Below are positions 29,778-41,020 of a stretch of DNA of 64,000 nt, piece after piece; within the stretch, counting starts at the first letter, position 1; each line of letters starts with the position of its first letter. The notes beneath the pieces are model-generated. The model made no database searches. It was given only the letters and a program-made list of their open reading frames with translations, and was not told the DNA's origin. The DNA lies in contig JAYZAL010000036.1 in the NCBI GenBank assembly GCA_036339735.1, positions 32,001 to 96,000 of the forward strand, in the 5' to 3' direction. This stretch comes from Candidatus Poribacteria bacterium. GTDB lineage: Bacteria > Poribacteria > WGA-4E > UBA9662. The translations under genes were made by a program, and so were the position numbers.

Positions 29778-32069
29778 TTGAAAGTAGAAATGCAACTAGG
29801 GAGAGAACAGATCTCCATAGAGACAGGAAAAGTTGCCAAACAGGCAGACGGTTCCGCTTGGGTGAAGTATGGTGGGACAGTTGTTTTAGTAACAGCGGTA
29901 GCAGCTAGAAGAGAAGCGAATGTAGATTTTTTACCCTTAACTGTTGATTACAGGGAACGTGGATATGCAGGTGGAAAAATACCGGGTGTGTACGGCCGGA
30001 GAGAGCCGAGACCTGGTATTCCTGAGCAATTGACATCTCGGTTAATTGACCATTGTATTCGCCCTTTATTTCCAAAGGGATATAATCAAGAAGTTCAAGT
30101 TATGTGCTCGGTACTCTCTTATGACAAGGAAAATTTAGCGAATGTACCAGCCTTAATTGGTACATCAGCAGCATTGAGTATGTCTGATATACCTTTCAAT
30201 GGTCCTGTCGGTGGTGTCGTCGTGGGGCGGATTGATAATCGATTAATTGTCAACCCAACCTCGGAGGAAATGGAGCGTTGTGATCTAGAGCTTTTTGTTA
30301 GTGGTAACCAGAGTGCAGTTATGTCTGTTGAAGGACACCTACACGAAGTTCCAGAAGATGAAGTGATTGATGCTATTGTTTTTGCCCACGAACAAATCAA
30401 AGAAATTATTAAGCTACAAGATGAACTGCTTGCCGTTTGTGGTAAAGACAAACGTAAGTTTGAGCCAAAGACTATCGACAATGATTTTCGTCAGAAAGTG
30501 ACTGATTTAGTCGGTGAGAGGGTTCGTGAGTCTATTGGTATAGCCGACAAGCAAGAGCGAAGTACACTGTCAGAAGAATTAAAAAATGACATCCTGGATC
30601 AACTCATTTCTTCAACCACAGATGAAGAAGATGCGGAAAACTACGCCCAAGATACAGATGCAATCCTTAAAGATTTGGAAAAGCATGAGATGAGAGAGTC
30701 AATTCTCACTCAAGGCACTCGTATTGACGGTCGAAGCGCAACTGAAGTGCGGCCGATCTCAGGTGAAGTTGCGTTGCTACCACATGCACATGGTTCATCA
30801 CTATTTACTAGGGGCGAGACACAAGCTCTCTGTGCGGTGACTTTAGGCACATCACTAGATGAGGACATAGAACGTAGTTTAGCCGGAGAAAAAAATAAGC
30901 CTTTCTTTTTACACTACAATTTTCCTCCCTATAGTGTGGGAGAAGTTCGACGAATCATGGGCCCTGGCCGACGAGAAATCGGCCATGGTTCTCTTGCAGA
31001 AAGCGCAATCAAAGCAGTTGTTCCAAACAAAGAAGAGTTTAACTATACAATCCGCGTGGTATCCGAAATTTTAGAGTCTAACGCGTCATCATCCATGGCA
31101 ACGGTCTGTGGTACAACAATGGCCTTGCTTGATGCTGGCGTACCCTTAAAAAAACCTGTTGCTGGTGTTGGAGTTGGCCTTGTTAAGGATGGAGATAGAG
31201 AGGCCATACTGACCGATATGGTCGGTATGGAGGACTTTCTAGGAGATATGGACTTCAAGGTAGCAGGTACGCGAGACGGTGTTACTGCTATCCAAATGGA
31301 CATAAAGATCGACGGTGTCACACCGGAATTAATGAAACGAGCTATTCATCAATCTCGTGAGTCTCGTTTGTTTGTCTTGGAAAAGATGGAGCAAATCATA
31401 GGAGCACCGAGTGCAGAGTTATCACCCCATGCTCCTCGCATTAACACGATTAAAATCCCAGTTGAAAAAATTAAGGATGTAATTGGGCCACGTGGTAAGG
31501 TCGTACAGCAAATTCAAGAAGAGACTGGTGTCACTATCAGTATTGAAGATGACGGTCGTGTAGAGATTGCATCCACAGACGCAAATGCGGCTATGGCTGC
31601 GGAGGAAAAAGTTAGGGAAATAACAGCTGTCCCAGAGGTAGACAAGGAATATACAGGTGAAGTCGTTCGCATTGCCCCATTCGGTGCTTTTGTTAAAATC
31701 TTACCTAATTGCGATGGAATGGTTCATATTTCACAAATGGGTAATGGGTATGTACGTCAGGTGGAGGATATTTTAGCCGTTGGCGATACAGTTCAAGTCC
31801 GAGTTCTATCTATCGATGATCAAAAACGGGTCGATCTGACTTTGTGTGGAGAAAGTGCCGAGAAGGCAAATGAGATATCGGCTAACACACCACCGAGAGA
31901 GGACGCACCATCTAGGGATAACTCTGGGCCTCGAAGGAGTTCGAATTACCGCGACGGCGGAAACCGACGCCGAGAACGTGGCAGTGGTCGTTCCGGAGGC
32001 AATAATAGGAATCGAGAGGAAGGACAATCCAGAAACAATTCTCTCCGGGTACCAAAAGATCGCTTCTAA
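29778..32069 (+). CDS. pnp: Polyribonucleotide nucleotidyltransferase (PNPase)
   Basis: FLPLTVDY, RREIGHG, GDMDFKVAG, KH and S1 domains, Arg/Gly-rich tail. Confidence 0.98.
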   Translation: MKVEMQLGREQISIETGKVAKQADGSAWVKYGGTVVLVTAVAARREANVDFLPLTVDYRERGYAGGKIPGVYGRREPRPGIPEQLTSRLIDHCIRPLFPKGYNQEVQVMCSVLSYDKENLANVPALIGTSAALSMSDIPFNGPVGGVVVGRIDNRLIVNPTSEEMERCDLELFVSGNQSAVMSVEGHLHEVPEDEVIDAIVFAHEQIKEIIKLQDELLAVCGKDKRKFEPKTIDNDFRQKVTDLVGERVRESIGIADKQERSTLSEELKNDILDQLISSTTDEEDAENYAQDTDAILKDLEKHEMRESILTQGTRIDGRSATEVRPISGEVALLPHAHGSSLFTRGETQALCAVTLGTSLDEDIERSLAGEKNKPFFLHYNFPPYSVGEVRRIMGPGRREIGHGSLAESAIKAVVPNKEEFNYTIRVVSEILESNASSSMATVCGTTMALLDAGVPLKKPVAGVGVGLVKDGDREAILTDMVGMEDFLGDMDFKVAGTRDGVTAIQMDIKIDGVTPELMKRAIHQSRESRLFVLEKMEQIIGAPSAELSPHAPRINTIKIPVEKIKDVIGPRGKVVQQIQEETGVTISIEDDGRVEIASTDANAAMAAEEKVREITAVPEVDKEYTGEVVRIAPFGAFVKILPNCDGMVHISQMGNGYVRQVEDILAVGDTVQVRVLSIDDQKRVDLTLCGESAEKANEISANTPPREDAPSRDNSGPRRSSNYRDGGNRRRERGSGRSGGNNRNREEGQSRNNSLRVPKDRF

Positions 32070-32076
32070 GTAAAAG

Positions 32077-32112
32077 AGAGGAATGAGAAGTACTGCTTAT
32101 TCCTCTATCTTC
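32077..32112 (+). terminator. Probable terminator after pnp
   Basis: AGAGGAATGAG...CTTATTCCTCT stem followed by a pyrimidine-rich tract. Confidence 0.55.
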
Positions 32113-32164
32113 TGTCTTTCTCATATGTTTTTTTGATGATTTTATAAATGACTGTATATTTCAG

Positions 32165-32374
32165 ATGGAACAGAATCAACAGGATAGCCTTTTAGAAAAA
32201 ACTTGGTTTACAAAATTTCTGGTGGGTGTCTTGGTTGTCCAAGTGATAGCGCTTAGTTTTTCGTTGAAGTATCGAGATCAGATTGTTGGGTATGCCCAAA
32301 AGTTACCAGCGTTGGTTCGAAATGTTATTCTAGCCGAAAATAAAAATATAAATCGCCCCCGCCCGTTTGAGTAG
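32165..32374 (+). CDS. Small hypothetical single-pass membrane protein
   Basis: 69-aa ORF with one hydrophobic segment filling an intergenic gap. Confidence 0.45.
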   Translation: MEQNQQDSLLEKTWFTKFLVGVLVVQVIALSFSLKYRDQIVGYAQKLPALVRNVILAENKNINRPRPFE

Positions 32375-32537
32375 ACTATGTTTACCGCGTCTGAAGTTTA
32401 TTGGCCACAGTTGGATCGTTGTCATTTTGATGGTCAAGAGAACTCACCTTCTTTTATTCGTTATTAATTACATGTTTGGATATCAATGTTTTCGATCTGG
32501 GCAAGTGATAGTCGTACGTTCTGTAAGATAGCCAACC

Positions 32538-33101
32538 ATGGATTCAATCATTATCGAAGAAGGCTTTGATTTTCTACATAGCACGCTGACAAATAGGCGA
32601 GTAATGTCAGTTTTGTCGATTCTAGGTTTTCTATTTATCGGATGTGGTTATGTATCAACCTCTGACTACCTAAGCCACATTGATAGCATCACCGTCACAC
32701 CGGTGGATATTGAGGACCCTGACTTTACTTACGAAAGATCAACTGGTAAACTTTACGATGAGATTGTTCGTGAAGCAATGATTGATCGTTTTAGCCAAAA
32801 ATGGCGAGATGGGAATGATTCTCAACTTGACTTGATTATCCGGGATTACGACATAAAAGCAATTGATTTTGATGGGAATAATCGTCCCATACGCTTGCAA
32901 ATGAAACTGCTTGTAGACTACACGTTCAGAGATCAGGTTCGAAATAAATTAGTTGAACAGAATGATAGTTACCAGCAAATACACGAGTTTTTTCTTGTTT
33001 CTGGACGAGGTGAGCCACCGGAAACAATTGGCGAAGCTAAAAGTCGATTGGTCGAAGAATTAGTAGATGACTTGTATAGCTTATTGGCCGAACAGTGGTA
33101 A
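32538..33101 (+). CDS. LptE-like lipoprotein
   Basis: Lipobox FIGC-GY, beta-rich core, C-terminal helix E.EA..RL.EEL..D; start may be ATG 32604. Confidence 0.6.
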   Translation: MDSIIIEEGFDFLHSTLTNRRVMSVLSILGFLFIGCGYVSTSDYLSHIDSITVTPVDIEDPDFTYERSTGKLYDEIVREAMIDRFSQKWRDGNDSQLDLIIRDYDIKAIDFDGNNRPIRLQMKLLVDYTFRDQVRNKLVEQNDSYQQIHEFFLVSGRGEPPETIGEAKSRLVEELVDDLYSLLAEQW

Positions 33102-33139
33102 AGTAATTTTGGAGACTGATTGATTCGGTTAACACAGAA

Positions 33140-34207
33140 ATGATGGTCTCATTTAGCAAGAAAAATTGTTTGTACCATTTCGTCGGTCTTTTTTGTCTAT
33201 CCGTGTTGGGTTGTCAAAAAAAAGACCGTTATTTGTCTATAGCTCAATACGAAAACTATCTGTATGGTGCATTGCAAACAAATAGTGTCAAAAAGACAAA
33301 AAAACTGATTGGAGAGATTAAGCTACGTTTGCCTAAATTTGATTCTGAGAAATCAAATTTGACTGACGTCGTCGACACTTTTTCACCTTCAAGGAATCCG
33401 GATAGTTCAGTCAGTCTAGTCGATCTGTTACCCAATAACAATGAGATCGAAGGCTGGAATCATGTAAAACCACCAAAAATTTACAATGGTCGAGAGCTGT
33501 ATTACGATGTCCCATTTGGTAATCCTCAACTATATTTTCGTTATGGGTTTCGGCAACAAGCTCACGTTGAATTTCAATCTCCTAAGTTGGGGGCACGTCC
33601 GCTCATTTTAGCTGAAGTCTTCGACCTAGGGACAGCTGAAAATGCATATAGTTTATTTAGTTCGACTCGTCTACCACAGGATCAGTATAGGATGATTGGA
33701 AGCAAAATGGCTGCTGAAATGGATGACCGCCTATTATTTTGCAAGGGACAATATTTAGTCGATATTGAAATGTATGAATATGCGACAGCTATAAATCAAG
33801 CTGTTACCGATATTGCGGAAAAAATTGAAGAACAAATCATAGATATTAATGATAGTCGTGTAAGTGAAGTGCCCTTGATTTCAGTTTTGCCAATTGAAAA
33901 CCACGTCTTACACTCTACGTACCTGAACCTAGACCAAAATCTACCCTCTCGTTACTGGCCTCTATCGGATTTATTAACCGACATCAACCCCAAATCCGTA
34001 TTTCGTACTTATAACGACAGTATCACTGAATTTAGTGATACTAATTATCATGGATTTGTAATGGAATTTGAAAATAAAGATTCAGCATCTCAGTATTTAG
34101 AATTAATCCAGGATCAGTTATTTGATCGTTATGGATCAGAGGCTACTAATAAAATGGATAACCAAGATGCTCCTGCAATTATGATGAAGTATATAACAAA
34201 TCCATGA
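33140..34207 (+). CDS. Hypothetical lipoprotein (DUF6599-like)
   Basis: Lipobox VLGC; LY..Y..YGF, EVFDLGTAENAYSLFS, F.KGQY pattern. Confidence 0.55.
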   Translation: MMVSFSKKNCLYHFVGLFCLSVLGCQKKDRYLSIAQYENYLYGALQTNSVKKTKKLIGEIKLRLPKFDSEKSNLTDVVDTFSPSRNPDSSVSLVDLLPNNNEIEGWNHVKPPKIYNGRELYYDVPFGNPQLYFRYGFRQQAHVEFQSPKLGARPLILAEVFDLGTAENAYSLFSSTRLPQDQYRMIGSKMAAEMDDRLLFCKGQYLVDIEMYEYATAINQAVTDIAEKIEEQIIDINDSRVSEVPLISVLPIENHVLHSTYLNLDQNLPSRYWPLSDLLTDINPKSVFRTYNDSITEFSDTNYHGFVMEFENKDSASQYLELIQDQLFDRYGSEATNKMDNQDAPAIMMKYITNP

Positions 34208-34235
34208 GAAGACATAGTATTATCAGGAATAAGAA

Positions 34236-35588
34236 ATGAAAGCTATTATTATTGGTGCCGGGGAAGTCGGGTTTCAACTGTCTAAGGTTCTGCTTGCCGA
34301 AAATTACGATGTGGTAGCAATAGATAAATCCCAAGTGGCTTGCGATAGGCTTTCGGAAACACTAGACCTGATGACACTTTGTGGATCAGGATCAACTCCA
34401 TCTTTACTTGAAACCGCAGGCATATCCGATACTGATTTGTTAATCGCGGTCACGAACTCTGATGAAACCAACATACTTGCTAGTTTGATTGCCAAGCAAT
34501 GCGGTGTCAAAAACAAAATTGCCAGAGTAAGCAACTCCACTTACTTTGATAATAATATAATAAATCGGGATGATCTTGGTATTGATCACACGATAAATTC
34601 TGAAAGGCTTTGTGCCGCCGAGTTTATTCGCCTACTTAGGTCTGCGGAAGCACGTGAGGTAGTTGATTTCGCCGGCGGAAAAATTCAGCTTATCGCTTTT
34701 AATATCGATTCGGACAACCCACTTGTCAATTCTTCTATCGAAGAAATCTCCAGTAGGAATATATTTGCTGAACTTCGTTTTGTCGCCCTTAAGAAAAAAG
34801 GGGGGAAATCGACAATTATGCCAAGAGGTTCGAATCAAATATCTTTGGGAGACGAAGTGTTTGTGATGGGCAGTCGTAGCGCTATTTCAAACATAATGAA
34901 AGTATCTGGAATATCAAGCTCCCACAATTTGGAGAGACTAGTTATCGCTGGAGCTTCAAAAATTGGAATTGAAGTTGCTAAACAACTAGAGTCCTCGTCT
35001 GTGAAAGTTTCGATGATTGAGCCAGACATTCATAAAGCAGAAGAAGCTAGTTCAATATTAAAAAAGGCTATTATAATTCACGGTAGCTTCTTAGAGAGAC
35101 AAATTTTAGCCGAGGCAGGAATACGTGAAGCTGACAGTTTCATCTCAGTAACAGGAGATGATGAAGATGACATCATGTCTTGCATCTTGTCAACGGCTGA
35201 AGGCGCAGAACGAACAATTCCTCTGATACAAGAACCAACCTATCTACCAATACTAGCATCTATAACCGAAATAGACTCGGCTGTCAGTCGGCACCTAACA
35301 CTTGTTAATGATATTTTGCGCTTGTTACGAAGTGGAAATGTATTGAAAGATGTTTTAATAAAAGATATCGACGCTGAAGTCCTAGAGTTGGTAGTTACCG
35401 AAAAAGCAAAAGCCTGTAACAAAAAAATCAGTTCCATTTCCTTTCCCAGAGATGCTGTAATTGGCGCGATTCTCCGGTCCGATAAAGTTGTGCTACCAAC
35501 AGGAGATGTCATCATTCAACCTGGAGATGATATAGTCATTTTCAGTCAACCTGAATCCATACCCCAAATAGAATCCTTGTTTACTTAA
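34236..35588 (+). CDS. trkA: Trk potassium uptake system NAD-binding protein TrkA
   Basis: IIGAGEVG, AVTNSDETN, two RCK N/C repeats; 450 aa. Confidence 0.93.
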   Translation: MKAIIIGAGEVGFQLSKVLLAENYDVVAIDKSQVACDRLSETLDLMTLCGSGSTPSLLETAGISDTDLLIAVTNSDETNILASLIAKQCGVKNKIARVSNSTYFDNNIINRDDLGIDHTINSERLCAAEFIRLLRSAEAREVVDFAGGKIQLIAFNIDSDNPLVNSSIEEISSRNIFAELRFVALKKKGGKSTIMPRGSNQISLGDEVFVMGSRSAISNIMKVSGISSSHNLERLVIAGASKIGIEVAKQLESSSVKVSMIEPDIHKAEEASSILKKAIIIHGSFLERQILAEAGIREADSFISVTGDDEDDIMSCILSTAEGAERTIPLIQEPTYLPILASITEIDSAVSRHLTLVNDILRLLRSGNVLKDVLIKDIDAEVLELVVTEKAKACNKKISSISFPRDAVIGAILRSDKVVLPTGDVIIQPGDDIVIFSQPESIPQIESLFT

Positions 35589-35660
35589 CTCAATAAATAA
35601 TCCTCCTGTGATGATTTTCCAGTCGATTCACCTCGATGTATTATTCTCAGGGCTTTACCC

Positions 35661-37370
35661 ATGAATATCAAATTAGTCATTTTTACACTTAGCAATTTAC
35701 TATTGGCTACGGCTGTCGCCCTTCTCGTGCCGCTTGGAGTCTCAATTTGCTACAGAAGCCAAGGTAGTGAAGACTGGATTGTATTTGTCGCAAGTTCGGT
35801 GGGTGCCGCTTTGATTGGTGGAATTTTGCATTTACTTACACGTAAATCTGATCGAGTAATGAGTAACAGGGAAGCCTTCGCTATTGTGTCTTTCGGTTGG
35901 ATTATTGTTGCTTTAATAGGGGCAATGCCTTATTTTCTTTATCAAGACTTTTTAGGTTCAGGTATTGATAAAGAAGTTTCGGCCTTTCGTCGATTTACCG
36001 ATAGTTACTTTGAGTCTATGTCCGGTTTAAGTACTACAGGGGCGACTATTTTAACAGAAATTGAACACCTACCACACGGCATCCTGTTTTGGCGTAGTTT
36101 TACCCATTGGTTCGGTGGTATGGGTATATTGGTGTTAGCTGTTGCAATCCTACCTTTGCTTGGTGTCGGAGGCATGCAATTACTTCGAGCTGAAGCCCCT
36201 GGCCCCCAAACTGATCGCTTGACGCCACGCATTCAAGAAACGGCAAAAGTATTATGGTGGGTCTATGTGTTAATCACACTCGTTGAGGTCGTTTGCCTTT
36301 GGGTAGGAACCGTTTGGATAGTGCCCGAAGAAGTTCGAGAAAGTCCGGCTGATGGCCTATTCTATGCTTTTTGTCATGCTTTCGGTACTGTGGCCACTGG
36401 TGGCTTCTCTCCTAAAAATGCTAGCATTGGGCATTACCAAAGTATTTATATTGATACGATAATTATCATTTTTATGTTCATTGCAGGTACTAACTTTTCA
36501 CTACACTACAGAGCTCTAAAAGGTAATATTGGAAGCTACTGGAAAGACGAAGAATTCCGGTTTTATGTATTCATTGTTGGAACTGTAACAACTGTGCTGA
36601 TGCTATGTACTATGTTACAACCAGTAGTCGTTATTAATGGTACAGTTCGTGCTGTAAACCAAGAAGAAGTAATAGAGATTGACAATCAAATTTATCCAAT
36701 TGTTGATGGTAAAGTCCAGTACGAAAATCAACCCTACCCAATAATAAACGAACAAGTAACAATCAATAATCAAATTTATCCAGTTTATAAAGGTAATGTA
36801 GTATATAATTCGATTGGAAGTGCTCTTCGATTTGTTCTTTTTCAGGTTTTAGCGATTGTCACTACTACTGGATATGGAACTGCAGATTTCGAGCTCTGGC
36901 CCTACCTAGCCCAAATAATACTGATTTTTTTGATGTTCTTTGGAGGGTCTGCGGGGTCTACTGGAGGAGGAATGAAGCAAGTTCGGTTTCTGCTCCTTAT
37001 CAAGCAAGGCTATCGAGAAATAAAGCATATGATTTTGCCTCATGCGGTCTTGCCAATTAAGCTTAATGAACAAATAGTACCAAAAGAGATCATGTCGAAT
37101 ATTTTGGGCTTTTTCTTTATTGGAGTAGCAGTATTTGTGTTAGCTACTATTTCTTTAGCTGGTCTTGGATTGGATTTGACAAGTGCTTCCACGTCTGTCG
37201 CCTCAGCTCTAATGAATATTGGGCCGGGTTTAGGTACCGTTGGTCCAACCGATAACTATGCTCATATATTACCTGTAGGTAAATGGGTGCTCTGTTTTTG
37301 CATGTTAATGGGTCGCCTTGAACTATACACACTACTAGTAATTTTGACACCAATGGCTTGGCGAAAATAA
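35661..37370 (+). CDS. trkH: Trk potassium uptake membrane protein TrkH
   Basis: FESMSGLSTTGAT, ATGGFS, TTTGY, GSTGGG, NIGPG, GRLE. Confidence 0.95.
   Translation: MNIKLVIFTLSNLLLATAVALLVPLGVSICYRSQGSEDWIVFVASSVGAALIGGILHLLTRKSDRVMSNREAFAIVSFGWIIVALIGAMPYFLYQDFLGSGIDKEVSAFRRFTDSYFESMSGLSTTGATILTEIEHLPHGILFWRSFTHWFGGMGILVLAVAILPLLGVGGMQLLRAEAPGPQTDRLTPRIQETAKVLWWVYVLITLVEVVCLWVGTVWIVPEEVRESPADGLFYAFCHAFGTVATGGFSPKNASIGHYQSIYIDTIIIIFMFIAGTNFSLHYRALKGNIGSYWKDEEFRFYVFIVGTVTTVLMLCTMLQPVVVINGTVRAVNQEEVIEIDNQIYPIVDGKVQYENQPYPIINEQVTINNQIYPVYKGNVVYNSIGSALRFVLFQVLAIVTTTGYGTADFELWPYLAQIILIFLMFFGGSAGSTGGGMKQVRFLLLIKQGYREIKHMILPHAVLPIKLNEQIVPKEIMSNILGFFFIGVAVFVLATISLAGLGLDLTSASTSVASALMNIGPGLGTVGPTDNYAHILPVGKWVLCFCMLMGRLELYTLLVILTPMAWRK
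36675..36800 (+). repeat. In-frame 42-bp (14-aa) degenerate tandem repeat inside trkH
   Basis: AATCAAATTTATCCA at 36684 and 36768, AATCAACCCTACCCA at 36726 (NQIYP/NQPYP/NQIYP). Confidence 0.75.
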
Positions 37371-37401
37371 CCCTAGAAGATTTAACATTGATTCGTACAA
37401 G

Positions 37402-38791
37402 TATGAAGAAAGTTGGATCAAGAGTTGGTTGCCTGATTGTTTGGTTTATCTTTTTTCAGGAACAATTTTGTATTAATGTTCATGCTGAAATTAATCAGTC
37501 TCGCCAAAATGCTATTGTAAATGCTGTTCAGTTAGCTAGTCCGGCGGTTGTTAACATCAGTACAACCCGAATTGAGCATGTTTACGTTAACCCATTTTTT
37601 GAGGACTTTTGGCGTTCCCCATTTTTTGATTTCCCTCGGGTTCCACAACAACGCGAACGAAGAGGGCTTGGTTCAGGGGTGATTTTATCTCCCGAAGGCC
37701 ATATTTTAACTAATTATCATGTTATTGAAAACGCCGACTCGATTCAGGTAATTTTGTCAGATGGTCGCCAATATGAAGCGAAACTAATTGGTGAAGATGT
37801 TTTTTCTGATTTAGCTGTCCTAAAGATCGAAGATATGAAACAACAGATTGAAGACCTAGTCTCAATCGAAATTGGTAACTCGGAAAACTTACTTGTCGGT
37901 GAGTGGGCAATTGCTATTGGCCACCCATTTGCAACGTCGGTCGGTAATCCCAAGCCAACCGTTACGGTCGGGGTAGTGAGTGCCAAAGACCGTTCTTTAG
38001 AAACAGATAAACAGCGACATCGAAACTTAATTCAAACAGATGCCTCAATAAATCCAGGCAATAGTGGTGGGGCACTAGTTAACGCCCAAGGTGAGTTGAT
38101 TGGTATTAATACTGCTATATATTCCACTAGTGGTGGCTCACAAGGAGTTGGGTTTGCCATACCAGTGAGTACTGCTGTTAAAATTTGGAGGAAACTTACC
38201 AAATACGGTACAGTTGTCGCTCCGGTACTCGGTATTACAGTACAAGACCTAACTCCCGAGCTAGCAGACAAATTAAAAGTTGAGCCATTCGGAGTTTTAG
38301 TGGCAGAAGTCAACAAACAAAATAGGATAGCTAATCTAAAGCGGGGAGATATTATCACAGAGGTTGGCCAAAATAAAATTGTTGATACTAATGCTTTTCG
38401 GAACTTCGTTAGGTTACTAGATGTAGGCGAACTTCTAACTTTACAAGTAATACGCAAAAAAAAGCAAATACAAATAGAAGTTGAGGTGACAGAATTAGAA
38501 TGGGATTATCAACTCAGAGGTTGGGAAATACGAGTCAAACAACCTAACTATGGAGAAAATCAGAGCTATAATCGTAGTGGTGTGATAGTAACACAAATTG
38601 GTAAAAGGAGTGAGCTAGCGCGCCGTGGCCTAAAAAAAGGGGACCTTATATACCGTATTGCCGATACTTATGTTAGTACACTAGAAGAATTGAAGTTGAT
38701 CGCAGATCAGTTGCCAAGAGGTTACCCTTTTAGTATTCGATTTGAAAGAAAAGGCCAGACTGGTGTCATCCGTAATCTTGTCATTCAATAG
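37402..38791 (+). CDS. degP: HtrA/DegP family serine protease with two PDZ domains
   Basis: LTNYHV, DLAVLKI, QTDASINPGNSGGAL; likely start ATG 37402. Confidence 0.9.
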
Positions 38792-38825
38792 TTTTATTAA
38801 TCCTTCTTAAGAATATTCAATTATT

Positions 38826-39584
38826 ATGTCAAAACGGCCTTTAATTATTGCAGTAGTTGTTACTTTAGTTATTTCTATACCGTTAATCCTTAAGTTACAT
38901 ATATCTGAAGGATACCAGCCCAGAAGTGCTTTGAATATGGATAGTGAGGAATTTCGCGACCTTAGAAACCAGGGAAAACGGGCCAGCACAATGAAGAATT
39001 ACACTCAGGCAATTACTATTTATGAGGCCGCACTTAAAATGCGACCAGATAATGCAGAAGTTCGTAATGATCTTGGGTATGTTTATTACGAACATGCGCT
39101 GGATCAAGCAGGACCTAATTGGCCCTCATGGGAAAGCGACCTAAGTAGACGTACACCAGTTGAAGTCATAAGAGAACTGGAAACAGCTCTTAAACTAATT
39201 TCTTCTGGCTATATCCGTTTAACCGTCGATGACAAGGAGTGCGTGCGCGAAGTTACAGAAAATGCCCAAGAAAGGGGCGCACAAGTATATACAACGCCTT
39301 GGAAAGAGGGGGCAGATATTCATATTTTGGTTGGAACTACTAGGGAATATCTGATGAAAGCCCGTGATAGCTTCATGGCTGCTATTGACATCAAGGACGC
39401 ATATGCTCCAGCTTTCCAAAATTTAGGCTCTTTATGGATGAAAGTTGGTTTGAGGAATATTGCAGTGCAGAATTTGGAACGTGCTTATAAACTTGAGCCC
39501 CGTAACCAAGAGCTAGCTCGTTATCTAAAGCAATTGAAGGAACAACCTAACTTAATTACAACCTACGTCGGGTCAGATGATTGA
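38826..39584 (+). CDS. Membrane-anchored TPR protein
   Basis: N-terminal TM helix; A...YEAALKMRPDNAEVRNDLG and AFQNLGSL..A..LEP TPR motifs. Confidence 0.7.
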   Translation: MSKRPLIIAVVVTLVISIPLILKLHISEGYQPRSALNMDSEEFRDLRNQGKRASTMKNYTQAITIYEAALKMRPDNAEVRNDLGYVYYEHALDQAGPNWPSWESDLSRRTPVEVIRELETALKLISSGYIRLTVDDKECVREVTENAQERGAQVYTTPWKEGADIHILVGTTREYLMKARDSFMAAIDIKDAYAPAFQNLGSLWMKVGLRNIAVQNLERAYKLEPRNQELARYLKQLKEQPNLITTYVGSDD

Positions 39585-39634
39585 ACTCAATGTGGTTTAC
39601 TGGTAGAAAAAACTAGTTATATCCAGTTACTCCT

Positions 39635-41020
39635 GTGCAATTCTCGGTTCAAGAAATCATTAATATTACTGGTGGCCAATTGGTACGAGGTCATTTAGAT
39701 CAAACGGTTGGTAGAGTTTCAACTGACAGTCGGAGTCTGTGTATCGGTGATTTGTTTTTAGCTCTATTGGGTGAGCACTTTGATGGCCATGATTTTTTAT
39801 CCCAAGCAGTAATCAATGGAGCAATGGGAGTAGTTGTTTCTCGAGTAGATGTTTCTCTGAAACAACTAAATGCTTCCCTAGTTATTAGAGTTCCGGATAC
39901 ACTCCAAGCCTACGGGGATCTGGCGAAAGCTTATCGAGAAAAATTTGATGGGCCCGTTATAGCGGTAACCGGTAGTAACGGTAAAACAACCACAAAGGAA
40001 ATGATAAATTCAGTATTATCAGTCAAATTTAGTGTTTTCAAATCAAAGAAGAATTACAATAACTTGGTCGGTTTACCCAAAAGCCTGTTAGAATTACCGG
40101 TTCAAAGAGCGGATATTGCAGTGTTTGAGCTAGGAACAAATCGACCTGGAGAAATAGCACGGCTGACTGACATAGTACGGCCAACCGTTGGATTGATCAC
40201 AAATATAGGTTTTAGTCATATAGAGTTTTTGAGAGACCTCGATGGTGTCGCCAAAGAAAAATGTGCATTGTTGAAGAATGTCAAAGTAGCGATTCTCAAC
40301 AATAATGACACGAAACTAGCAAATATCCAAACAGATTTAGTTACTCATCGGGTTAACTTTGGTACGGATGGGGATGTCGTCGCCCAAAATATTCATCTCA
40401 ATTGTGATGGATTAGCATCGTTTCAACTAGTGATTAATCAATTAGGTGAAACAATCCCAATTCACTTGCCGTGTATCGGTTACCATAATGTTTTTAATGC
40501 ATTGGCCGCCGCCGCGGTTGGTTACTGGGCAGGTTTAACGTTACAACAAATAAAGACTGGTTTGGAAACCTTTCGAATAGTACAAATGAGGTTACAACCA
40601 ATTAATATCAACGGCTTTCGAATTATCAATGATGCATATAATGCTAACCCAGATTCTGTTCAAAGTGCATTAGAACTCTTTTCTGATCTTCGTGCCAAAG
40701 GAGAAAAAATTGCTGTTTTAGGTGATATGCTTGAACTTGGAGAACAATCGGATAGGCTGCATCATCAAATAGGTGAAAATATACCGACAGATCTTGATTT
40801 ACTAATTACGGTTGGGAAACTGAGTCGACAAATTGCGAAGGGAGCTAAAAAGCGTATTTCGCGTATTATCTCTTGTAATTCGGCTAAAGAAGTAGTACCA
40901 ATAATAGACCGATACTTGTCAGATGGGGATATAATATTGATAAAAGGATCCCGAGGATTGAAGCTGGAACAAATAGTCGAAGAATTACGAAATCGTGAGC
41001 CTAAGGAGCTAAAGATATGA
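39635..41020 (+). CDS. murF: UDP-N-acetylmuramoyl-tripeptide--D-Ala-D-Ala ligase
   Basis: DSR, DGHDF, AVTGSNGKTTTKEM, NDAYNANP, LGDMLELG, KGSRG. Confidence 0.96.
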   Translation: MQFSVQEIINITGGQLVRGHLDQTVGRVSTDSRSLCIGDLFLALLGEHFDGHDFLSQAVINGAMGVVVSRVDVSLKQLNASLVIRVPDTLQAYGDLAKAYREKFDGPVIAVTGSNGKTTTKEMINSVLSVKFSVFKSKKNYNNLVGLPKSLLELPVQRADIAVFELGTNRPGEIARLTDIVRPTVGLITNIGFSHIEFLRDLDGVAKEKCALLKNVKVAILNNNDTKLANIQTDLVTHRVNFGTDGDVVAQNIHLNCDGLASFQLVINQLGETIPIHLPCIGYHNVFNALAAAAVGYWAGLTLQQIKTGLETFRIVQMRLQPININGFRIINDAYNANPDSVQSALELFSDLRAKGEKIAVLGDMLELGEQSDRLHHQIGENIPTDLDLLITVGKLSRQIAKGAKKRISRIISCNSAKEVVPIIDRYLSDGDIILIKGSRGLKLEQIVEELRNREPKELKI

